Positions 17,573 to 27,749 of a DNA stretch of 64,000 bases are shown here, one piece after another. The stretch comes from an uncultured Flavobacteriaceae bacterium. Its GTDB lineage: Bacteria; Bacteroidota; Bacteroidia; Flavobacteriales; Flavobacteriaceae. The notes beneath the pieces are model-generated. The model saw only the letters and a list, made by a program, of their open reading frames with translations, did no database searches and had not been told where the DNA came from. The position numbers were made by a program, and so were the translations under genes. Where the stretch lies: positions 45,066-109,065 of the forward strand of contig CALODC010000009.1 of assembly GCA_942492095.1 (NCBI GenBank). Reading direction: 5' to 3'. Each line of letters begins with the position of its first letter. Within the stretch, counting starts at the first letter, position 1.

Positions 17573-20236
17573 TCAGAGATTAAAACGGTAGGTAGCCTTT
17601 AGTAGAAAGGTATTGTTGGCTTTTTGATTTAAAAGCTGATCATTGATGATGCTTCCAAAACTGTCATTCACATCACCACTCCCTGTGATCCCCTGAGACC
17701 ATACCAGAAAAATTTCAGATCCCGGGATGTACTCCCAGCGAAGTACCAGGTTAGAACGGAATTGCACAAAAGCAAAATCGGGATCACTAAAACTATAGTC
17801 AACAGAGCCATCGAGATCCTCATCTATCTCATATGACCCGTTGTTAAACTGTATCTGATCTTCAGAATACCAGTTAACTCTGTTATCAATGTTCTCTGCC
17901 GTGGCATTCACCACATAATTAAAATCTGAGAAATTAGCTTTAAAAATAAATGGCTGCCCATAGTACTGCAGACTCAAGTTGGGGTTTAGATTGTAATTTA
18001 TTCGTAAGGTAGTGCTGAGTGTTTCCTGATCTATGGCGCCCAAAATGTACCTTGGCTGGTTACCGAAACTTTGCTCGCTAACGTATTGTGTTCTACTTGG
18101 ATTCTGAGAGTACTCTGTGTTTAATGAGATGCTCAGGGAATTAATAGGCTGGTAATTAAATCTCAATTCATAGTTGTAAAAGGAAAAATTATTTTGGGTG
18201 GCCTGAGAGTTGACGGTTCCGGCTATGACGCTCAATTTCTTTCGGCGATCAGTTCCAAAAAAGAAGAACCAAAAATTCTCTTCATTATACCGCCATCTTG
18301 GGCCTCCTCTAAGAAATGTATTGACAAAAATACGGGGCTTGTGGGCTGCGCCGAAATCTATAAGGGAATTATTCTTAAAATTAATAAAGCCATTAATTTC
18401 ATATTGAATACGGTTGTAGTTCCCCTCAAAATCGAATGCAGTGGAAATTTCAGTAGAAAAATTAGCTTGTCTGAACCAGGTGGTAGGCTGGTTAAATACT
18501 CTTCGGATGTTAGCGTATTGCCTAAGGTCATCGGCCTGTCTTAAAAATCCAATATCGTTTAATTCCAGTTCGGGAGACTTCCAGAAAGCACCTCCACTAT
18601 AGCGCCAATTACCACCTCCGCCTTTGCCTATCTCAAAGCGGCCACCAGTGCCGCTCAGGGAGGTACGCGTAGGATCTACTGACACATGGCTCGCGTCCGA
18701 TCGTTGAAATAAATGGGTAATACTGCGTTGTGTTTCTTCGATGGCCAATTCACTACCTACGACCTTACTAAAAGTAAAAACCCCTTCCATATAGTAGGTG
18801 CGGTTCTTCCAGTTATGCTTAAAATCGATCCCGCCGGTATAAGCAGCCTTATGTAAGAAGTCCAGATCACCTTCCAACTGCCTATTGGCGGCAGTGAAAA
18901 TGCCGCCTATGTATGAGTTGCGCTCATTGAAATCTTTCTGTGCCCTGGCTACCAGGTAATTGGTTAGGGGTTCTACAATTTCTTTTCGTTCGTTTCCAAT
19001 GACCGGTAAACCGTTGATAACTTCAGTACGGGTGTCCAGGGCTACTTCGCCATATTCCTTGGCAGTAACACTTTCCAATAGTCCAATCGTCCAACCATTT
19101 TGGGTCTTTCCACTAAATTTGGCGGCACCGAGGATGGTGGTGAAATTAGGGACATCCTCATATTCTCCAAGATCGGCGTTTGCCGTCGTGGATCCCTGAG
19201 GTGTTCTGCCAATTCTTCTGGAGAAAAAAAGATTATCAGGACCACCTCCTATTCGATAATCAAATACACTTTTATTTTCAACAAAGAAAGGGCGTCTTTC
19301 CTGAAAGAAGATCTCAAATCCATCAAGGGCAATGGCCCCTGGGTCTGCATCTACCTGCCCGAAGTCGGGATTTATCGTGAGATCGAGCGTCAGGTCGTTG
19401 GTGATCCCAATTTTTGCATCCAATCCGGCAGCCAGTTTTGAGTCCTGCCCGTCCCTGAACGGACTACCATCTTCAGCCTCATAACTGTCTAACTGTGTAA
19501 GCGTATAGGGTTGTATTTCCAATTGTTTTTGTGGGATAAGTCCGATAAGACCCTGCAATTCACCAAATTCACTTACCCAACCGGGAGGATTGGCATCTAC
19601 AGCTTGCCATAAGGATCGTTCCTCATTGTTAAAATACCGGCGGGTAGCCTGCAATCCCCATACTTGTTCCTGTGCATTGCTAAACCGAAGCTGACTTAAA
19701 GGAATTCGGATCTCTGCGGTCCACCCATCTGCATCTATATGGGTGCTGAGAAACCAAATTGGATTCCAGCTAGAGTCAAAATTATCGTTATTGGAAACAA
19801 ACTCATCACTTTTCACCCCTGAAGAAGACGCTGTGAATGAAAAGGCTGTTCTATCATCATTATAACTATCAATGTTAATTTCTACCCAGTCCCCAGGAAA
19901 AGTGTCGCGTCTACCAAGCCTTCGTTCTATGGTTGACGGATCTTTTTGATAACACTTAAAGCCTACATAGAGATTTTTATCATCATACAGGATCTTCATA
20001 AGCGTCTGCTCCGTGGGTGCGGTACCTGTATCTGGTTGAAATTCTATAAAATCACCTGCCCACTCTACCAGACCCCAGGCTTCATCTTCCATGAACCCAT
20101 CTATTTTGGGAGATGCTATGGCCCCTATGTTTTTAGTTGAGTAAACGCGTTTTACGCGCACGCTGTCCCGGTCTTGGCCATAACAACGCATAGCCATGCC
20201 AATAAGTACGAAAATACCTAGAAGTGTTATTCGCAT
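17573..20236 (-). CDS. Carbohydrate-binding family 9 (DOMON-like) + DUF5916 outer-membrane beta-barrel protein
   Basis: 887 aa with a signal peptide, an N-terminal CBM9-like region (IDGFMEDEAWGLVEW) and a long beta-barrel-like C-terminus ending in F-x-L (TYRFNL). Confidence 0.7.
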   Translation of the reverse strand: MRITLLGIFVLIGMAMRCYGQDRDSVRVKRVYSTKNIGAIASPKIDGFMEDEAWGLVEWAGDFIEFQPDTGTAPTEQTLMKILYDDKNLYVGFKCYQKDPSTIERRLGRRDTFPGDWVEINIDSYNDDRTAFSFTASSSGVKSDEFVSNNDNFDSSWNPIWFLSTHIDADGWTAEIRIPLSQLRFSNAQEQVWGLQATRRYFNNEERSLWQAVDANPPGWVSEFGELQGLIGLIPQKQLEIQPYTLTQLDSYEAEDGSPFRDGQDSKLAAGLDAKIGITNDLTLDLTINPDFGQVDADPGAIALDGFEIFFQERRPFFVENKSVFDYRIGGGPDNLFFSRRIGRTPQGSTTANADLGEYEDVPNFTTILGAAKFSGKTQNGWTIGLLESVTAKEYGEVALDTRTEVINGLPVIGNERKEIVEPLTNYLVARAQKDFNERNSYIGGIFTAANRQLEGDLDFLHKAAYTGGIDFKHNWKNRTYYMEGVFTFSKVVGSELAIEETQRSITHLFQRSDASHVSVDPTRTSLSGTGGRFEIGKGGGGNWRYSGGAFWKSPELELNDIGFLRQADDLRQYANIRRVFNQPTTWFRQANFSTEISTAFDFEGNYNRIQYEINGFINFKNNSLIDFGAAHKPRIFVNTFLRGGPRWRYNEENFWFFFFGTDRRKKLSVIAGTVNSQATQNNFSFYNYELRFNYQPINSLSISLNTEYSQNPSRTQYVSEQSFGNQPRYILGAIDQETLSTTLRINYNLNPNLSLQYYGQPFIFKANFSDFNYVVNATAENIDNRVNWYSEDQIQFNNGSYEIDEDLDGSVDYSFSDPDFAFVQFRSNLVLRWEYIPGSEIFLVWSQGITGSGDVNDSFGSIINDQLLNQKANNTFLLKATYRFNL

Positions 20237-20463
20237 TGGTTAGTTGTTGTGTTTTAAAGACGCCTTGTACCTGCCTTTGTTACACTAAATTGGAAATTAT
20301 TTGAATTTTCCCGGGAAATGCGTTAAAGCTTTCAGAAAAGTTACCGGCTTAACCCCCCTAATAATATGCATTGAAGCAAGCCAATCTGCCATTCACCTAT
20401 ATCTTAAAATATTGTTTAATTTTAAGGATAGGTCCTTTTCTGAAAGGAGGCTTATGCACTTAA

Positions 20464-21425
20464 ATGAAATACATGGAATATCCTATAATTTTTCAAAAAA
20501 TCAGAAGGATCAGTTTTAAGCTGTTGCTTATGTTTATTTCTTTTTATTCAACTGCTAGTTGGGGTCAGGTGAAGACTGTTTCAAAAGAAACAATGACCCC
20601 TGCAGGCTACATGGATCTCCACGATAAATTCGAAGGAAAACCCCTCCTTGCTTTACAATGATTCTAGTGGTCTTTTCGTAGATGATTCATTATTTATTGG
20701 TCCTTCTACTATTCAAAAGGCATTGTATTCACAGATTGCCAAGGTTGGGACATTCGTTCAGTACGATACCATAGCCTCCTATCAATTACACGAAGGAAGT
20801 GTACTGGCAATCGGAACCTATACAACAGCTAAGGGCCTAAAAGTTTCCAGTATCATCGGTTGGCGAAAAGATGAAGTGTGGATAAAAGCCTTTGAGGCAT
20901 TGGAGGAAGAGATCGGTTCATATGCCTTATGCAAAGGAAGACATTGATCTGATGCGATCATCCTGGGAACTGTATTCTAACCAGCACAGACCAGACCTCA
21001 TTGTACAAAATATCTTCGCAGCAAATGGGCGTTATTTCTACAATGGCTTTTTTGAAAAGGGGGGTCACTTTTTTGAGGATCGTTGGCGAGTAACTCCACA
21101 GGGATCCGAGCGGTAAGAGTAAAAAACGAGAACGGAATCCGTATGGACTCAATATAGAAACGGGATGAGTCTTATTCAATAGACCTGATGCCTAAAAAGG
21201 TTTATCAGGTAACCGATAGTGTGATCTATGAGATAGGGATCTACAGAACCTTACCAGAGGGAGAGAAGGGGGGTTGCTCGAGTCTTATTTCTTAAGCTTT
21301 TATTCTGACGACCAGATTCAAAAGAAGGGAGTAGTTGGAAACTCTTACTGGACTTTAATCTTTTCTTGATTTTTCATTGTTTCACGATCATTAAAAAAAG
21401 GTTTCTCCCGTCAAATGATTATTGA
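20464..21425 (+). pseudogene. Tandem NTF2/DUF4440-like two-domain gene, decayed
   Basis: ORFs 20464..20661, 20648..20947 and 20892..21116 plus later fragments read through only with frame switches at about 20640 (A4C4 run), 20920, 21115-21180 and the G-run 21268-21274. In-frame TGA at 21306-21308 sits where the family has Trp (LLF*RPDSKEGSSWKLLLDFN). The 3' boundary is uncertain. Confidence 0.5.
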
Positions 21426-21643
21426 GCCTCTATGATACGGGTACTTTTACCTTCAGTGGCATTCGGTTTCAATGCAGACTTTTTTGGCGCAAGGCTAGCT
21501 TATGTGGATTTTGATGAGCCTGCTACCACTGAAATATTTTTAGTAAAGGACCAATGTCCCAGAATAATTAAAGGTATTGAAGCACTTTGCCATTGGATTT
21601 CCGATATTTAATCAGATAATCTTTTAGGTGTATACATAAAACT

Positions 21644-22825
21644 ATGAAAGCCTTTATCTATAAAAAATACGGCCCTCCAGACGTCCTTCAACTCGTGGAG
21701 GTCCCCAAACCTATACCTAAGCCAAACGAGATATTGGTAAAAGTGAGGGCTACTTCCGTGAACCGTACAGACTGTGCCAATTTACGGGCGAAGCCATCAA
21801 TAATGAGACTTTCCATGGGGCCGTTTGCTCCTAAAAATCAGATTTTGGGGACAGAGTTCTCTGGAGAGATCACTGAGATAGGAACAGCAGTTACCAATTA
21901 TGAAGTAGGTAACCGAGTGTTTGGATTTTCCGACAGTGGTTTAAGGTCATATGCAGAATATTTGGTGCTTTCACCCAATGATGCCTTCAGTATCATCCCC
22001 AATCATATTTCGTTTCAGCAAGCTGCTGGCTGTATTGAAGGAGCTCATTACGCTTATAATATGATCAACAAATTGCAATTGCAAGAGGGCGATAAGGTGC
22101 TAATTAACGGAGCCACCGGAGTTATTGGATCTGCTGCCTTGCAATTACTAGGTTATTTAGGGATAGAACGAATAGCAGTGACCAATACTAAGAATATCCC
22201 TTTGGCTGCCTCTTTGGGTGCATCTCATACGATTGATTGGGAACGCCAGGATTTTGTTAGGTCCTCAGACAAGTATCAGGCTATCCTGGATACTTCAGGA
22301 AAAAGTACCTTTAAGGCATGCAAACCCATACTAGTGAATGGAGGGGCTTATATTTCCTCAGAACTTGGTCCCTGGTCCCAAAATTTGTTCTATTCATTGT
22401 TAACGTACCTGTTCGGGAGTGTGCCATTTACAAAAGGGAAAAAGGTAAAATTTCCTTATCCCCCCGATATTATGAGAAGCATTCGTCTGTTAAAAAGTCT
22501 TATTGAAGAGCACCATTTCAGCCCTCTGATAGATCGCGTATATCCTTTTGAGGAGATACCAGAAGCGTTCCGGTATGTTGAAAAAGGACATAAGACAGGG
22601 AATGTAGTGATCTCATTGGAATACCGAACATTTGTGTATTATAAGAATGGCTATATCCATGACCATGATCTAAAATACGTACCCTTTTTATTAGGGATTG
22701 GCATATTAGGCACCTACATTGGCAAAAGGATCCTGAAATATATTCCTCAATCTAAGTTTAAAAAGCTCTCCCTGATTCTTATCTTAGTTATTGGACTTAT
22801 TACGGTGATAAAACTATTACTTTAG
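21644..22825 (+). CDS. Zinc-type/MDR NAD(P)-dependent oxidoreductase (quinone oxidoreductase-like) with a foreign 67-aa hydrophobic C-terminal tail
   Basis: MKAFIYKKYGPPDVLQLVEVPKP...GATGVIGSAALQL...HKTGNVVISLE forms a complete MDR protein of about 326 aa. Residues 327-393 (from 22622) resemble the C-terminus of a TSUP/TauE-SafE permease. Confidence 0.8.
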   Translation: MKAFIYKKYGPPDVLQLVEVPKPIPKPNEILVKVRATSVNRTDCANLRAKPSIMRLSMGPFAPKNQILGTEFSGEITEIGTAVTNYEVGNRVFGFSDSGLRSYAEYLVLSPNDAFSIIPNHISFQQAAGCIEGAHYAYNMINKLQLQEGDKVLINGATGVIGSAALQLLGYLGIERIAVTNTKNIPLAASLGASHTIDWERQDFVRSSDKYQAILDTSGKSTFKACKPILVNGGAYISSELGPWSQNLFYSLLTYLFGSVPFTKGKKVKFPYPPDIMRSIRLLKSLIEEHHFSPLIDRVYPFEEIPEAFRYVEKGHKTGNVVISLEYRTFVYYKNGYIHDHDLKYVPFLLGIGILGTYIGKRILKYIPQSKFKKLSLILILVIGLITVIKLLL

Positions 22826-22907
22826 AATAATAAAACGGAGTTGAGGATAACGCATTTATGGACCTACATTTGAATGTCTGAATAGCATAAATCTAATCAA
22901 AAAAAAT

Positions 22908-24764
22908 ATGAAGTTTAAAAATATAGTTTGGCTCTCTCTGCTTCTTGGTGTTAACATGACAATGGCTCAAGAGCCCAAAGAGATAGAGATCAAAACAGCA
23001 GTAAAAGACGTAACTGTTTTTATTGAAGGTGCCCAGATCACGAGAAAAAAAGCGGTTGATATTCCTGCCGGAACCAGTATTTTAAAGTTTACGGACCTGT
23101 CACCTTTTATCAATGGAAAGAGCCTTCAAGTAAAGGCAGATGGGAACGTCACAGTACTTTCCGTAAACCAGCAACAAAATTATTTGGAGGAACTGGGAAA
23201 ATCCAAAGAGCTGCTGGACTTGGAAGCACAGCTACTGGAGGTGCAGGAAAAGATCAAAAAAGAACGAACCTATCTGGACATCCTGGCAGAGGAAATTGTC
23301 TTTCTGCAGGCCAATAAGGTGGTAGGCGGTAACCAGACCCTTACAGCGGCTACCTTAAAAAGTGCAGCCGACTACTACGGGCAGCAGCTTACTTCCTTGA
23401 AGTTAAAGGAGCTCGATCGGACAAAAACCCTTAACGATTTTTATGAGGAACAAACCAAGCTGCAGAATCAGATCAATACAATCACCGGGAAAAAAGAATA
23501 TGCCAACGGAGAGGTCCTTGTAAAAATAGAGGCCAAAAGGGCTACGCGCTCTAACCTGGAATTGTCCTACGTGGTAAACAATGCAGGATGGTATCCGTCT
23601 TATGACATCCGTTCTACCAATGTCAATGAACCAATTTCCCTGGGGTATAAGGCCAATGTAAAGCAAGATACCAAGATAGACTGGAAAGATGTGAATCTGC
23701 GCTTGTCATCGGCCAATCCAAATATTTCTGGTACCGCTCCTGAATTACAAACCTATTTTCTGGATTACAACACCAGACCTCCGGTGTATAATCGTTCGGT
23801 GGCTGAAGTTTCGGGGGTTGTTAGAGATCAGAATGGAGAATCATTGCCAGGGGCTATGGTGACAGTGGAGGGTAGTACAATTGGCACCCAGACCAACTTT
23901 GACGGATATTATTCCCTGAGTCTTCCTGCCAACGCAGGCATGCTACGGTTCAGTTATATTGGTCAGGTAACCCAATCGGTGCCTATTACCAGTTCTGTTA
24001 TAAATGTGAGAATGCAGAATGATTCTCAGGCGTTAAATGAGGTTGTTGTTATGGGTTACAGTGGGAGGGAAAAGCGAGCTTTACGCAATGACATGCCAGC
24101 TCAACCTGTCATGGAGGCAGAAATAAAATCTATTCCACTGCAGCAAGTGGAGAAACAGACTACAGTCGACTTTGTAATTGATTTGCCCTATACCATCAAT
24201 TCAGATAACAAGAGCTACACGGTAACGATGGCTAATTATTCGCTTCCTGCGAACTACCAGTATTACAGCGTGCCCAAGGTTGAAAAGGAATCCTTCCTGA
24301 TCAGCAGTATCAATGATTGGGAGAAGTATAATCTGCTGGAAGGGGAGGCCAATATCTTCTTTGAGAACACCTTTATAGGTAAGACGGTCCTCGATGTGCG
24401 CTATGCTTCAGACACCCTGGATATTTCCCTAGGACGGGATAAGAATCTAACCATTAACCGGGAGAAGATAACCGACTTTAGTTCCAAAAAATTTGTCGGC
24501 ACCAGAAAAGAGGAGTCGCGTGCCTGGAAGATCACTGTGAAAAACAACAAATCGGAGGCCATCAATATGCTGTTGTTAGATCAGGTTCCTGTGTCTATTC
24601 GCGATGAGATCAAAGTGGATATTGAGGAACTTACTGGAGGCAAGCACAATACCCAGACCGGGGAGATCAAATGGGAATTAAAACTCAATCCCGGAGAGGA
24701 AAAGGTATTTACGCTGAGGTATACCGTTAAATATCCCAGGAACCAGAATTTGATCATTGAATAA
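22908..24764 (+). CDS. DUF4139/DUF4140 (MuiA-like) protein with an inserted CarboxypepD_reg-like domain
   Basis: Signal peptide. N-terminus VTVFIEGAQITRKK...LKFTDLSP (DUF4140). GVVRDQNGESLPGAMVTVEGSTIGTQTNFDGYYSL (CarboxypepD_reg). DUF4139-like C-terminus. Confidence 0.7.
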   Translation: MKFKNIVWLSLLLGVNMTMAQEPKEIEIKTAVKDVTVFIEGAQITRKKAVDIPAGTSILKFTDLSPFINGKSLQVKADGNVTVLSVNQQQNYLEELGKSKELLDLEAQLLEVQEKIKKERTYLDILAEEIVFLQANKVVGGNQTLTAATLKSAADYYGQQLTSLKLKELDRTKTLNDFYEEQTKLQNQINTITGKKEYANGEVLVKIEAKRATRSNLELSYVVNNAGWYPSYDIRSTNVNEPISLGYKANVKQDTKIDWKDVNLRLSSANPNISGTAPELQTYFLDYNTRPPVYNRSVAEVSGVVRDQNGESLPGAMVTVEGSTIGTQTNFDGYYSLSLPANAGMLRFSYIGQVTQSVPITSSVINVRMQNDSQALNEVVVMGYSGREKRALRNDMPAQPVMEAEIKSIPLQQVEKQTTVDFVIDLPYTINSDNKSYTVTMANYSLPANYQYYSVPKVEKESFLISSINDWEKYNLLEGEANIFFENTFIGKTVLDVRYASDTLDISLGRDKNLTINREKITDFSSKKFVGTRKEESRAWKITVKNNKSEAINMLLLDQVPVSIRDEIKVDIEELTGGKHNTQTGEIKWELKLNPGEEKVFTLRYTVKYPRNQNLIIE

Positions 24765-24808
24765 ATGGTTATTTATAGGCTTAAATAAATAGGCATAGAA
24801 ACAAAAAT

Positions 24809-24834
24809 AGGGTAGTGTTTACTGCCCTTTTTTT
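24809..24834 (+). terminator. Rho-independent terminator
   Basis: AGGGTAGT (24809-24816) / ACTGCCCT (24821-24828) with one G-U pair, then a T-run to 24834. Confidence 0.6.
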
Positions 24835-24974
24835 ATATCTTGAAGTCGAACTAAGACAATGGATCCTTTTATGATACTTCCTCACACCTTTTGACCAGAG
24901 CGAAGGCTACATCTGCACTCCTTTTTCTTTGTTTCACCTTTGTCGATAAATGCAAAGACTTTTAATAAATTAAC

Positions 24975-25469
24975 ATGAAAAAAATACTGAAATGGTACGC
25001 CTACGTTAACAAACCAGTAGTGCAGAAGTACGTTTGGGCCGATCTTTTACTTTTTATACCCCGGTTTGTGTGCGGAATGCTGCTGGCCATAGATTTTGGC
25101 GCCTCTAAATTTGGAGTGCCCTGGTCCGATCCCGAATTGAATCTGGGCCTCTTTGAAGTGGTGTATTGGTTTCCGGAAGATGTAGCCCGGTTTGGAGGAA
25201 TATTTGCTATGTTCCCCGTCTCTTTTGCCTGGATCGCCGGTTTTAGTGAAACAATTGGCGGACTCATGCTTGCCTTGGGAATTAAAACAAGGATCGCAAG
25301 TTTTATGATTGTTTGTACCATGCTGGTGGCCATTTTTTTTCAACAAATGAACCAGGGCATTTGGAACATGCTTCCGGCCATGGGATTTCTGTGGGTAGGG
25401 CTATACAGTTTGATCAATGGCTGCGGACGATTTGGACTCGATTATCTGATAATAAAGAGAATGAAATAA
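24975..25469 (+). CDS. DoxX-family membrane protein
   Basis: 164 aa with four predicted TM segments and DoxX-like LIPRFVCGMLLAIDFGASKFG. Confidence 0.7.
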   Translation: MKKILKWYAYVNKPVVQKYVWADLLLFIPRFVCGMLLAIDFGASKFGVPWSDPELNLGLFEVVYWFPEDVARFGGIFAMFPVSFAWIAGFSETIGGLMLALGIKTRIASFMIVCTMLVAIFFQQMNQGIWNMLPAMGFLWVGLYSLINGCGRFGLDYLIIKRMK

Positions 25470-25475
25470 GACACT

Positions 25476-26060
25476 ATGAATAGGCGAGTCCTCCCCTTTT
25501 TTGTTTTCCTGTATTTTTTGGGAGTGACGTTCGCTCATTCTCAAGACGGCAATGCAGGAACGCATGAAAGATGGGAATACGTCCTGGAAGATACTGGAGA
25601 TGTTTTACAAATAGCCCTGCCTCTTTCTGCAGGCCTGGCAACGATATTTCAAAAGGACTATGAAGGCACCAAACAAATGGCCTTTTCCTACGCCAGTACA
25701 ATGGCAATTACCTATGCGCTGAAATACACCACTAAAAGGCAACGACCTGAAGGTAGAAATACGTATGACTCCTTTCCCTCCGGTCATACTTCCTCTGCAT
25801 TTTCCGGGGCCTCTTTTATTCAAAGACGCTATGGGTGGAAATACGGCAAATACGCTTATATTCTGGCTGCATTGGTTGGGGTAAGCAGAATGGAAGGGCC
25901 GGATGGTTATCACGATATTTGGGATGTGTTGGGTGGAGCCGCCGTAGGTATTGGAAGCACCTATATATTTACTAAACCATATAAATATCAGAAAATAGAA
26001 GTAGGTTTTTCGGCTCGTAAGGATATGAAGCTACTCTCAGTACGATGGAACCTTAATTAA
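25476..26060 (+). CDS. PAP2-superfamily phosphatase
   Basis: All three PAP2 motifs are present: KYTTKRQRP, PSGH and SRMEGPDGYHDIWD. Confidence 0.85.
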   Translation: MNRRVLPFFVFLYFLGVTFAHSQDGNAGTHERWEYVLEDTGDVLQIALPLSAGLATIFQKDYEGTKQMAFSYASTMAITYALKYTTKRQRPEGRNTYDSFPSGHTSSAFSGASFIQRRYGWKYGKYAYILAALVGVSRMEGPDGYHDIWDVLGGAAVGIGSTYIFTKPYKYQKIEVGFSARKDMKLLSVRWNLN

Positions 26061-26066
26061 TAAATT

Positions 26067-27734
26067 ATGACAGACATACAGATCGCACAAAGCGTCAAAG
26101 AAAAACACATTCGAGAAATAGCAGCAGGCTTGAATATTTCGGAGGATCAATTAGAATATTACGGGTCTAACAAGGCAAAGTTACCGCTTGAACTTATAGA
26201 TGAAGATTCGGTAGAAAAGGGAAATCTTGTCCTTGTTACAGCCATAACACCCACCCCGGCCGGTGAAGGAAAGACCACCACCTCTATAGGTCTGGGAGAT
26301 GCCCTGAACCTTCGAAAGAAAAAAGCAGTGATTGTGTTGCGCGAGCCTAGCCTGGGACCTGTATTTGGCATTAAAGGTGGGGCCGCAGGGGGAGGCTGGA
26401 GTCAGGTGATTCCCATGGTGGATATCAACCTTCATTTTACGGGCGACTTTCATGCTATTGAGAAGGCAAATAATTTATTGGCTGCCCTCATAGACAATAA
26501 CATTCAGAGTAAAACCCGCAACCTTGGCATAGACCCCAGAACCGTAATTTGGAAGCGTTGTATGGATATGAACGACCGCGGGTTGCGGAATATCATTGCG
26601 GCCCTGGGTGGTAAAGCCGGTGGAATTCCACGTGAAACCGGATTTAATATTACCGCCGCCTCTGAGATCATGGCCATCTTATGCCTGTGCAAAAACCTGG
26701 AGGACCTGCAGGAGAAATGTGGAAATATTTACGTAGGCGATACCTGGGAGGGAAAACCTGTATATGCAAGAGACCTGAATGCCCAGGGTGCCATGACCGT
26801 TTTGCTAAAAGATGCCATTAAGCCAAATTTAGTGCAGACCTTGGAAGGTAACCCGGCTATTATTCACGGCGGACCTTTCGCAAACATAGCACAGGGGACC
26901 AATTCTATCCTGGGCACAAAAATGGGCCTCAGTTTAGGCGATTTTGTGGTCACAGAAGCCGGTTTTGGGGCAGATCTGGGGGCAGAAAAATTCTTAAATA
27001 TTAAATGCAGGCAAGCAGGCCTTTCACCTAAAACCATTGTCCTTGTAGCCACCATCCGTGCCTTAAAATACCATGGAGGGAAACCCTTGGCAGAGCTCAC
27101 TCAGGAAGATACAAAGGCCCTTAAAGCCGGGATGCCCAACCTGGAGCGCCATATTAAAAGTTTACAGACTTTTGGGATCCCGGTGGTAATATCGGTCAAT
27201 GCATTTAGCAGTGATACCGAAGCAGAAAAACAACTAATTCTAGATCATTGTAAAAAACTAAATGTCCCCGCGGCGCTGAGCTATGGATGGGCCGAAGGAG
27301 GGAAAGGATGTACGGATCTGGCGGATCTGGTGATAAATGCTGCGGCAACATGCAAGACCAAGTTTGTGCCCAGTTATGATCTTTCGGATCCCATACGAAC
27401 TAAACTAGAGAAGATTTGCCAAACTATTTACGGGGCCACCAATGTTATCCTATCCAATGTGGCAAATAATCAGATGAAGCGATTTGAACGTATGGGCTAT
27501 GGAGAATTACCTATCTGTATCGCCAAAACTCAAAAAAGCCTCAGCGATGATGAGAAAAAACTGGGAAGGCCAGAGAATTTTGACATCAGTATTCGCGAAT
27601 TCGAGATCGCTACCGGAGCAGGATTTATTATTCCCATTGCAGGAAATATTTTAAGGATGCCGGGACTGCCAGCAATCCCTTCCGCCGAAAACATTGCTAT
27701 GGATAGGGATGGAACCATTTCCGGACTTTTTTAA
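26067..27734 (+). CDS. fhs: Formate--tetrahydrofolate ligase
   Basis: 555 aa with PTPAGEGKTTTSIGL and EPSLGPVFGIKGGAAGGG motifs. Full length. Confidence 0.93.
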   Translation: MTDIQIAQSVKEKHIREIAAGLNISEDQLEYYGSNKAKLPLELIDEDSVEKGNLVLVTAITPTPAGEGKTTTSIGLGDALNLRKKKAVIVLREPSLGPVFGIKGGAAGGGWSQVIPMVDINLHFTGDFHAIEKANNLLAALIDNNIQSKTRNLGIDPRTVIWKRCMDMNDRGLRNIIAALGGKAGGIPRETGFNITAASEIMAILCLCKNLEDLQEKCGNIYVGDTWEGKPVYARDLNAQGAMTVLLKDAIKPNLVQTLEGNPAIIHGGPFANIAQGTNSILGTKMGLSLGDFVVTEAGFGADLGAEKFLNIKCRQAGLSPKTIVLVATIRALKYHGGKPLAELTQEDTKALKAGMPNLERHIKSLQTFGIPVVISVNAFSSDTEAEKQLILDHCKKLNVPAALSYGWAEGGKGCTDLADLVINAAATCKTKFVPSYDLSDPIRTKLEKICQTIYGATNVILSNVANNQMKRFERMGYGELPICIAKTQKSLSDDEKKLGRPENFDISIREFEIATGAGFIIPIAGNILRMPGLPAIPSAENIAMDRDGTISGLF

Positions 27735-27749
27735 TAAAATAAAACACCT

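Noticed and set aside
21426-21643. Possible remnant of an HxlR-type regulator on the minus strand, divergent from the MDR oxidoreductase (MAKCFNTFNYSG..., ...KYFSGSRLIKIHIS...)
   Set aside because: The resemblance to the HxlR pattern is weak, scattered over three frames and interrupted by many stops. I cannot support it without a profile search.
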